Source: Harriotta raleighana (Eukaryota). From it: 58,862 nucleotides of DNA. The DNA is taken from the NCBI GenBank assembly GCA_050575255.1, contig JBNZDD010013718.1:2349670-2408531 (forward strand). The letters run 5' to 3'. Shown piece after piece: positions 48,766 through 58,862 of the stretch; the first letter of the stretch is position 1, and each line of letters opens with the position of its first letter. The translations under genes were made by a program, and so were the position numbers. Under the pieces are notes generated by a model, which worked only from the letters and a program-made list of their open reading frames with translations, ran no database searches and was not told where the DNA came from.

Positions 48766-51700
48766 ATGACTAAAGACTACAAGATTTGAATCCTTAAGAG
48801 AGCAAAAGAAGAATGTGAAATATTGTTTCTCCACTCAGTATTTAATTGGATCTATCTATCATTTTATTTAGCCAGTCCCATCCCTATCCACATATTTATC
48901 CACTTCATTATTTTTTTTCAGGTTTTCCTTACCTCTTGATTGATAGGGTTGGACTAATTTTACTGCATTTGCTTTCCCAAGTCTTGGTTATTCAATAGCA
49001 ATCTATCAACATTTGTTGGTAAATATATTTTTGTTCTTACACACATGTAAATACTCCACGAATAGCCCTTACTTCACCGCCAGTGAAGCAATAATACTAA
49101 TAATCAACTGCTTTATGAATCTTCCTCCTATTCCTACTTACTTCATCCTATTTAAATGTGGTAATGTGTGTCATTTACATTTGGAAGGTCACAAGGTCAA
49201 CTTTTAAATATAATAATAACAGTCGCATTTGCACAGAACAATTGTCGAGACGTCTTAAATTGCTTCACATGAATAGACAGTAAAGCAATGTAATATTGTG
49301 TACTTTCCGGGTGAAATAAAGGACCTTTTATTTCATCCTTCCAGAATATCCACCCAATTATACCAATATATGTCTAGGGTAGCTCACTCAATCTGTTGTG
49401 AGGTTGGTTTGCTAGCATTTAGCTTTGAGCAAGATTCTCTAATTAGTGGTGAATGTTGCTCAGTATTGCACTATGACCTTGTGCCCATTGGGAGCAAGGT
49501 ATTGTACAAACTGTCCACATTAATTTAACTTAAACCCTTCATTGTTCCTAGGGCTAGTCAGGAGAAGGTGGGAGAAATGTTTATTAGTCTGGGATTTTAG
49601 CTCAGATTCCACTGGCGAATAAGTTTTCAGTTAACANTTCCTAGGGCTAGTCAGGAGAAGGTGGGAGAAATGTTTATTAGTCTGGGAGTGATTTTAGCTC
49701 AGATTCCACTGGCGAATAAGTTTTCAGTTAACATCGAAATCTTGAGATGCTTAATTTTGTTGAGCATCGAAATGTTTTGCTGAAATTAGCAAAAATCAAA
49801 AATTTGGATTTTGAAACTGATATTAGAAATTATAAATGCTCAAACTAATTTTTTCCTACTCCTCCTGAAGATAAAAGAGTCTCCTTGTATAACTTGGGAA
49901 CATTTTGTGTGTGGGTGTATGTGTGTGGGTATGATGAAATTCTATTACATATTGTCTAGAGACCTTGGTGGCGATTTATTTTGTTAGTGTCAAAACATTA
50001 ATGCAGGTAAGTTGTGGTTTATGAGTGTTCATCTCTGGAAGGTTAATAATAATAACGATAACCAATAATAAATAAGAATCTTAGCTTTTGATAAAACGTT
50101 TTTCGTGTCGTGAACGCATTTCGTAAGATTTTCTGTGAAGTGTAATGAATATGTATTTTGATGATACATCCATTGCAATTATTGCCTACCTAAGAATCCC
50201 ATGAATTTTAAGTAGAGTTGAATGAAATTCCTCTGAATGGCAAGTAGCAGCTGGAATTACCTGTGATATTTTATACGAGTTGCCGTCTTTCCTCCCACTG
50301 GACACTGACATTCGGCAGCCCAACTTGTTCCCTTTTCCTCGGGTCTGGCTGAAGAGTTGCACAAGGATACTGGGCCAGGTGAACAACACATTTGCAAACC
50401 GTAATTCAGCGCAGTATCAAAAGTTCAGTGCAGAGGGAATGTGGTTGGAGAAGACTCCAATCAGTACAGAACGTTATGCATTTGCTCTACATATTCTACA
50501 TTTGGCACAACAGTATTTTTAGTTCTTCTGCCCCCTCTCTAGGTCACACCTCCCCCATAAAAAAACATGCAACAAGCTGTGTTGGAGATAGAAAGTACAC
50601 TGGGTAATCACAGTTGTATACTGAGCTAGTAGCTAATATGAGGTGCAAAGCATGGCTCAAGTCAGTTCTTTCCTTCCAACTAAAATAGTTCATCTCCATT
50701 CTGTACCTCCCCCACTCCCCACCTGCCCCTCAAGGCTCTGCTCTAACCAGAAAGTCAGTGGCCTGGTAAAGCCAGCTTCCCAGACTGTAAAGCTTACTTT
50801 CTAAAAGTACAGTACTTCTTCACAGTCCATCCGCTTGCATTTGAGATAAATCCTTTTGCCCACATCTTCCAATGCAAGTCTGCATTTATGTCTTTCTGTA
50901 AACTGCACGCAATATTCTAGATGTTGGGACGTCCTTACGATATGAAAGGTACTATACAAATCTAATTTTGTTGTTGTTTGTGGTAGATAAAATGGATGAT
51001 AGAGCTTTATCTTATGTCTGGAGATTGATATAAAAGTAATAATAATATAATTTTAAAAATGATATAGCACCCTTCTGCGCATGTAACCTAATATTCTATA
51101 GCCTTTCCCCAAATAGAATTAGTTGTTTACTTCATTGTACAATTGCCTGCTCTGTTGACCCACAAAATACACAGTCACTGCACCTTGCAGTGTGCCCTGC
51201 GAAGCACTTTGAAAAACCCTTCTGTGAAAAGTGCTGTACCAAACGCTTGAGCTATTACCTTTCCCTATTCTAAAACACTTTGAAAACTCACCCAAACAGA
51301 GGCATACATCGGACCTGCCAGGTTCACAATCAAAGCAAAAAAGCAAATCCAGATTTAACAGTGGGTGACAGTTTAATGGCTGGTAGCTATGAAGAGAAGA
51401 AACATAAAGCGCTTAGAAAATATCAATCAAGAATGAACAGGTGGATTTAATGTTAAAATGATCATTTACATTTTAATTAAACATCAAGTGTTTAACTGTC
51501 CCATCATTTTTGTTACAGCAGAAGGATATTTAAATTTGCTTTGCTGACTTCTTCAAGACTACCATTATTCATATTTTAAGTTTTTTTTCCTACATTGGTG
51601 ACATTTTTGATTGCAGTTATTAAATGCTGAAAGGCAGTGATCTGCTAATCCAAAATACATTGCAATTTATTGTTTTGAAATGTGAGATGGCAAGTGACAC

Positions 51701-51899
51701 CTTTTATGCCTCGAAGCACAGCAATGTTGTATACATACTGCATTGAGTAGAAGAAGTTGCTGTTGTGACACTAGTTATTTGCTGTGGTTTAAAACTGTTA
51801 ATTACTGTTTACACGTCTTTGTCCACAAATGCCAGGGAAGCAAATCAAGCAGAGAAAAGCAAGGAACAAGAATATGTTTCAACTCTACGTGGCTCCAGC

Positions 51900-52180
51900 A
51901 GCAAAAAACAACTTGCATTTGTACAGCGCCCTTCACGCAGAGTGACGTCTCAGCGCTTCACAGAGGTGGGGGAGGAACATTCAGCAGACATATGTTTGGA
52001 GTAGAGGGGTGAGCGGGAAGCTATGGAGGTCGTAGGGAGCATTTGTAGATGAGAACGAGGATCGTGAAATTTATCCGCTAGACGTGGAGCTGGTGGAGCC
52101 TGGCGAGGATGGGGGTGATGGGCGTTTGAAGCACAGTGAGGTCAGGGTGCAAGCAGACACATTTGGGATGAGCTGAAGCT
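51900..52180 (-). mobile_element. L2 ORF2 remnant and tail
   Basis: Reverse complement reads LQLIPN, then PITPILARLHQLHV*RINFTILVLIYKC, then the tail gaagcgctgagacgtc...gggcgctgtacaaatgcaagttg. Confidence 0.85.
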
Positions 52181-53426
52181 GTTTTTTGTGCATTACAACT
52201 AAAAATGCGCAGGCGGCAGAATAGATTCCCAAACCCCCCTCCACCCCACCCTCCCCCCGCTCACCTACTCACTCCCACAAATACAAGTGGCAAATACANT
52301 GTGCATTACAACTAAAAATGCGCAGGCGGCAGAATAGATTCCCAAACCCTCCTCCACCCCACCCTCCCCCCGCTCACCTACTCACTCCCACAAATACAAG
52401 TGGCAAAACGTGTAGGGGAAAGGCCATAAGGAGTCACTGGATTTCAATATTTCTAGACGGTATAATTCAGGCAAGGCACTGACTGGTACATCAAGTGTTT
52501 GCCAGTAGATGTAGAGCAATTTTTATAATATTGGAATATTTATCATAAGAGCAAACTCCTCGTTGCTTCGACCTCAACTCCATTCACGAACCTGTACCTC
52601 AAAGCAGTTTTAGCTCAAGTATGTAAATGACAGTTCCATCACGGTAAATTCTATCACCTGGGAAAGGGTGATGACAGTAATTTAAAACGAGCTGAGGAAT
52701 TGGTATCTTGTAGATTAATATCTTTGCTAGTATTCATTATCTAATTTGTTTCCACTATCAGTTTAGCAGGGCCATAGCTGTGTGAGTTCTGCAGTATATG
52801 CTCAGGTCTGCTGTAATGGTAGATGCGCAGATTCTTGGCAGATGAGTGAAGTACAGTAATTAGGACACAAGGTATTCGGGAACTCAGGAATGACACACAA
52901 TAGCTCTACAGTTCTCCACGGAGGGATCATGGAAAGGTCGATACAGTGAGCTACGGAATGACTTTGCGTAGTGATGCCTGATTAATGCTTATAGGAGGTA
53001 CAGTAGGGCTTTGAACTGCACCAGTAGTAGAGAAGGTAAGGAGCACAATGTTCTTTTTCGCTGGTATGATTACCTATCATCTGTCACTTCAGATCCCCCT
53101 TTACTATGTAGAACTTCTGCTTTTTTAAATTAGAGTCTTTGAAAATAATGGATGTGAAGGAGATCAAAACACCTAATGGGACATCTCTAAATCCAAAGTA
53201 GTTTCTGCTCCCTGAATTGAACTGAGATTTTGATGGGGTCAAAGAAAAGACATCACAATGATACTCTGTCTCATATAGACATCTCCAGAAGTGCTGTGCA
53301 AAGAAACTGTCTTTACCAAGTGCCTATCAGGACAGTCAGTGTGGGATGACGATTGGGTGTAAAAATAATATTTTTTTTAGGTAGCTCCAATATATTAAGA
53401 AAAGTATTATCCATTCATATATAATG

Positions 53427-53570
53427 ACAACAACAACGACAACAACCAAATTACAATTGTGTAGCTCCTTTCAGGTCAGGAGGACATCCCGAGTTGTTGA
53501 ACAGTCAGGGGTCAGGACCCAAGCATGGAGTGGGGTGGGGGTAGGGTTGGGATGAGGGAGGGAGGGCAGA
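53427..53570 (-). mobile_element. L2 3' UTR and (GTT)n tail
   Basis: (AAC)n, ctttcaggtcaggaggacatccc...gaacagtcaggg, then a G-rich tract. Confidence 0.75.
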
Positions 53571-53679
53571 TAGGACACATATCATCCATTCAGATATTGT
53601 GGGAGCATTATTGGTCTGGCTGACATCACTGAAAACTATTTAGAAATTACCTCCACAGTGTGATTTAAACTGTAATAAC

Positions 53680-53800
53680 ATAATAATAATCCTTGATTTT
53701 GATATAGTGCCATACCATGTTGTTAAAGCATCTCAATGTGCTTTACATGATTTTACTGTAGTGTGCAGTGAACGTGTATTTTGTAGGTGAATATGCCATG
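53680..53800 (-). mobile_element. SINE tail remnant
   Basis: ataataataatccttgattttgatatagtgc...gtgtattttgtaggtgaa. Confidence 0.6.
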
Positions 53801-56800
53801 CACTCGAATATAATTTAGGATGCCTAAATACAAAAAAGTATAGATATATAGAAGCAGATTACGGGGTGAAACTAGTGTTTTACAATTTCGCCACTGTAGC
53901 CCTGGCGAGAGGCAAACTAGATTTATATCAATTAAATATTTTTGGTGAAATACTATTTACTTTTTGGATCAGTGTGAGCATGGTAGGGGTTGTGGGGGAC
54001 AGATCCCTGCTATTCTTGCAGCAATTGTACATCTGTCACTGGTGGTTTATTTGCAGGAAGGAATTTTGCTATCTCCTTTCATACTCTGGTGATACAGAGT
54101 TAGCTGTCTGGGTTAGTCTTTGGCTTCACCAACTTTTCCACCACATTTCTGGCCCATCATAGGCGACATCTCAAAACACTGCTTTAACATGAATTGATTA
54201 GATGTCCATATATTTCAGTGACAAATAAAGGATTGAAACAGTAAGAGTCCCCCACTCCACCCTCCTTATTTATGTTTACTTTTTTTCTGAAGCCGATTTC
54301 TGCCAGTTCTTTTGAGAACTACAGACCAATAGATCCCAAATCAGGTCTGAATTTGATAGAAGACGTGCTCCAGGAACACAGCCAAGCAATTTATAACCAC
54401 TGATTTATCAACACTGTCTAAACAATGTACAACACACGTCTGTTCAAGACGCTTTGTCATGGCAGTTGAAATTATTGCAGGGGAATTTCTAGCAAAGAGT
54501 TTCACAATTCTTACGAGAATGAAATTTAAAGCTTATAATTCATTTTCATGGTGTTTAATTTTTATTGTAGGAATGCCTGGCTTTTAATCAAACGGTACAT
54601 TTCTTTTCAACCCGTACACATACAACTTAATATAATACTGTAGTGGCATTGAGTTCTAGATCGTCCACTTGTGTTTGCAAAAGCATTACATTACATTGCG
54701 TTACATCGTAAGTTGCCGCTTTGGAAAGATAAATAAACTTGACTGAATTTTTGTTCGAGATACAGTGGGTGTTAAACATTCCCATTCAGATTGGTAACAC
54801 TGCAGTGCCCGGATGTAACGCCTGCTGAACACCCTCAGTTGAAAAAGAATGAGAGAAGAAACTGCATTATGGCTGCAATGCATTGACTTGATGACCTTGA
54901 GTTTTATAGCTGTCAACATTAAATCTTTGGAAAATATAATAGCCAAACCGATTTAGGAGAGAGCATGCGCAATTCAATTGCACACTTGGTCTCCAGCACA
55001 ATGTTAATAAAAAAACACAGACACTTTAAGAAGGATCTGGCAGGCAAGCCATCAAAGTTTGCAAGAGCACCTGCTCCCCAACCCAGATGGTTTTAGGTTC
55101 AAATCTTTGAGCTGGCAGGCTGGCAATGACACTAATCTCCTCTTGCTCTGCCTGTTCTTGGACGAGCAGCAGGATGGAGAGAGCCTGTCAAAAAGAAATT
55201 TCACCTCAGGATGTTAATTTGCTACAATACACAAATAGCCACTAGCCTGTAGGAGATCAATATTGATGCTTGTTTCTAATGTAGGCACTGCCAAGGACCA
55301 TTCCATTTTCCTGGCTAAAGGAAGCTAAGTGTTGACAAACTGTGGTACCCGAAGGGAATAACCATGATTTATATAGGAATCTGGTGGCTGTCTGTTTCAT
55401 AAGAAAATACTGCATTGCTTGGTAATACCTATCCTATTACTTTATTAAGAGCTCCAGTGTTCAAGAAGGGACATAATGGGAAAAGTCCATTCGGACCAAT
55501 CTCATTAACTTATTCTGCAGACTATAATTATACAATTTGTTCCTGAGTCTTATTCATAAAGACAATTAAACAAAACTCCAGCATATTAATGCAGTCTTCC
55601 AACAACCACCCACAACCTGAGAAGCAGTTCACAGGTGACATGTGCCCTGCAGCACACAAACTACTGAGCTGCAAAGTGTATGTAATAATCTATGCCTGTC
55701 CTGATCCATATAATTAACATTCAAACGCGTAAACACAATTATGTAGCTCTTTTTCAAGCAGATAATCAGCACAGTACAACTACTTTAGCCGACAATGTAT
55801 TCTACGTATCTATTACTCTGTAGGGGAAAATATTCCTTTTAATTACCAGTCTCACTTGAGGCCTACTGATTTTATTCCCGTGTCACGATTTAAAATATCT
55901 GAATCATGTCTGCCTCTTCATCTTGTTGGTTCTCCAGTGGAAACAAATTCAGTTTAGTGAGTTTCTGTTCAAAAATCAGATACTTAAGACATGGAATGAT
56001 TCCACCAGTCTGTCCAATGCATCAAAATCCGATTGAAGGTACAACAAAAATTATAGCTGTACAATAGCTACCGACTGCCCAAATCATTAAGGTTTTGGTT
56101 CATAAGGTTGAGGACATGTCCATATCTCCAGATTATATTAATAAACCTGACTGGCTGGTTAACTGCAAAACAACACATTGGATTTTAATGCAAAGACAGT
56201 TATTGAATAGGACCCACATTTTGTCTCACCAACAATGAGTCCAGCTAAAGCAGCAAATTTCTGCACAGCAACAAACCAGGCAAATAGGACTAGGAACTGA
56301 TCGCCATTTGGGATTAGTAGTTACCAGCCTTCAGAGTCACTCTGTTTCTGTTTTGCTCATAATTTTCTTTTTTGGGGGAATTTCCACTTAAATTTCAATC
56401 CTTACATTTAGTATAATAGCAAACTTCACGTCAGGAGAACGTCCCAAAGAGTTTCATAGGAAACATTGGAAAGTGGAGTGACTGTGTTTGTTTCTTCGTT
56501 AGTTAAACCTGCCTTTTTTTAAAAAGTCTCATTAATCTTGTCCTTTTGCTATTTTCTGAAAAACACAAGTATGTTTGAATTCTATACTTCACTTGCACAA
56601 TTTTGTGTTTGAACAGCTCGGAAAGAGCAATATGCTAAACAGATTTACCCAGGCATGAATTATCCCAGCAGAAATTCCATCAGAGAAACACAGGGAGATC
56701 AATCAAAAACAAACTCAGAAAAATACTATACGGAGGTAACCTTCATGCCAGAATATTAATGCCTTCTGTGCCATTAAAATCAGTTATAGTGTGAGGGTCA

Positions 56801-58411
56801 GGACTGTTTCTGACTGGTCCAGCGAATGTTGTGAGCAAAATGCAATTGAAATCTTTCATCTGTTTCTATTTAAGCTGTCTCAATCTCTGCCACTCAGATT
56901 CTCTCAATTAGGGACACCCAGACATTTCAAAATAAACTTTTATTGCAGCCTTTCCCAGTGAATAAACAATGACACAAATGTGATGAATGCAAACTTCACT
57001 TAAATACGTTTTGACATAAAACTCTGGATTTCCCTCTGTTCCATTTCTGCCCTGCCTCCTTTCTATATGAATACTGTGTATTCAACTCCAGGGGCAAAGA
57101 ACTGTTGACACGGTACCACTAATACGAAGTGGAGTTCGTTACTGGAGAGTACAAATAGAGAATCATTTTCAGCATTGAGAGAACTCTGTGCAATACGAAT
57201 ACTATATAATTTAGCCAGGAAGTGAGGCTTAAGGGCATCTGGCTTAACAAATGATTCCTTTTGTATCCTTCTGTCTTCTGTTCACTGCACTTTTTATTTG
57301 AAGAGACTTAAATACAATGGATGCTTGTGGAATATAAAATGGGGCTGGAGATTTACGAGTAGAGAATTCTTTCTCCATAGCCATCCTCTGTTGATCTGAT
57401 CTCAGTCTTCAAACCTGATAAAGTGGTAATTGGTAGCAAACTGGGGTCTGTCCCACTGGAGGCCTTGATTGAGTGGCTTGTCTAATTGAAGTATTTTGCG
57501 TGAGAAGAGCAGCGGTATGCATTAGGATTTAATTTCCTCAGTCTGCGATTTCATACCTGTTGGATGTTATGAATCAGGCCTCAAAGGGGCATTTCTAGGG
57601 CTGCTCCTTTTCAATCGATAGATACATTTCCTTTCCAGAAGTTTGACCCTTTGAGCTCTGTATAAGAGCTCAAAGGTACAGTAATGTTACATCGATATAG
57701 ATCTGGCATCCAGCTATTTTTCTGTTTTCTTCTCAGTAATTTGTCTTGAAAGATGAAGTAAAGATACCCACACACCAATAAATCCTGGGAACACTCTCTT
57801 AATCTTGGTAATCAATGCTTCGAGGCTTCACTGGGAATACTTTGAAAATATAATTCACTTTTCAGCACTACGACTGTTTATAAACCATCAATTTCCACTT
57901 GGACGAACGGAAATGATAGTTTCTATTGTATCAAATCTCCTGAGACTCCTCCATACTGATCTTGGCCTCACAGGATGATTGGAGTTTAGGCTTATCAAGA
58001 GTTGCAATATTTTCTTTCTTTGACCGTTTACAATCATATTCATCTGTTTGATTAATAAAGCATTAGATTCAAGGGCATCGCATCCTAAATTTCCTCACGA
58101 CTTACTGTTGCTGAGAATATATCTGCGTTTTAGTCTAGCTGACCAGCCATATATAACCAGGCTCATATCTGGGCCCAGGCAGGAAATGGTTCCATCATCA
58201 CAAAAGTAATGTATTAAACCTTATACTGTATGTCCAATCCTTGCGAACAATTGGTTATCTTAAGAATCTGGAAGAAAGGTTTGGGAGCAAGGTCGGCTAG
58301 TATTGAATCGCTATTCCTGCTCTTGACTCCTGTTGTATATCTGGAGTCCAAATGCCTTAAAGGCCGTTTCATGTTTTCATCCACGCGAGTGACATTTCAC
58401 TTCACGCCGAA

Positions 58412-58697
58412 AGCGTGAGACCTGTGTTCGAATGCAGGCAAGTCAAGGCGAAACCGTGGGCAAGTTTCCTTACTCCACATGCCCAACACTAATCTCTCAA
58501 AAAAAGAATAATAAAATTGGTCATTTCAACCCACAACTGTTTGTGGGACACTGCTATGCGCAATTGGCTGCTGCGTTTTTCCCACAAAACATACAGTCAA
58601 TTCACTTTACAGTATATTCTGTGAAGCGCTTTGAGACATCTAGAAGACATGAAAAGCACTATATCAAATGCAAGGATTATTATTATTATTTATTATA
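58412..58697 (+). mobile_element. tRNA-derived SINE, main family, slightly 5' truncated
   Basis: agcgtgagacctgtgttcgaatgcaggc...gggcaagtttccttactcc, core, and (TTA)n tail. Confidence 0.92.
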
Positions 58698-58789
58698 AGT
58701 GCTCCCTTGCCATTGGCTGAACTTGAATGTTCTGGGGCAGGAAGGTGCAGCCAGTAGGCTAACTGTGGCAAGAGAGTAGAGGGAGCTTT

Positions 58790-58862
58790 ATAGATTCATA
58801 GATTCATAGAAGTTTACGGCACAAAAGGAGGCCATTCGGCCCATCTAGTCTGTGCCGGCTCT
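58790..58862 (-). mobile_element. CR1-type 3' terminus running off the window edge
   Basis: Reverse complement: ...gatgggccgaatggcctccttttgtgccgtaaacttctatgaatctatgaatcta with an 8-mer terminal repeat. Confidence 0.85.

Noticed and set aside
53528-53567. G-quadruplex motif as a separate element
   Set aside because: It is the complement of the pyrimidine-rich L2 3' UTR and is explained by the repeat.
1-58862. ORF-track entries as protein-coding genes
   Set aside because: All are short, many use non-ATG starts, and none resembles a protein family I recognise except L2/CR1 debris. Recurrent peptides such as [10 protein letters not shown] are translations of the SINE tail.

Overview
This window is vertebrate nuclear DNA, not prokaryotic: AT-rich, CpG-depleted and dense in repeats. 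The repeat content (tRNA-headed SINEs with a Deu-like central domain and (TTA)n tails, L2 LINE 3' ends with (GTT)n tails, CR1 3' ends) points to a cartilaginous fish, plausibly elephant shark (inference, not verified). I find no credible protein-coding gene; the listed ORFs are chance frames, low-complexity frames or retroelement debris. The window looks like a large intron or gene desert. It holds dozens of SINE/LINE fragments, three apparently end-intact non-autonomous DNA transposons clustered at 36.1-41.4 kb (two TA-flanked Tigger/pogo-like, one hAT-like with an 8-bp TSD), two N gaps and seven n-joined duplications that look like assembly artefacts. Best leads: a possible minus-strand 5' exon (22027-22441), a three-way-junction fold at 15213-15280, SINE tail swapping with a covarying L2 stem-loop, an inverted pair of variant SINEs, and several enhancer/insulator-like motifs. 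I cannot support a novel multi-gene system from this sequence. Boundaries of decayed repeats are approximate.
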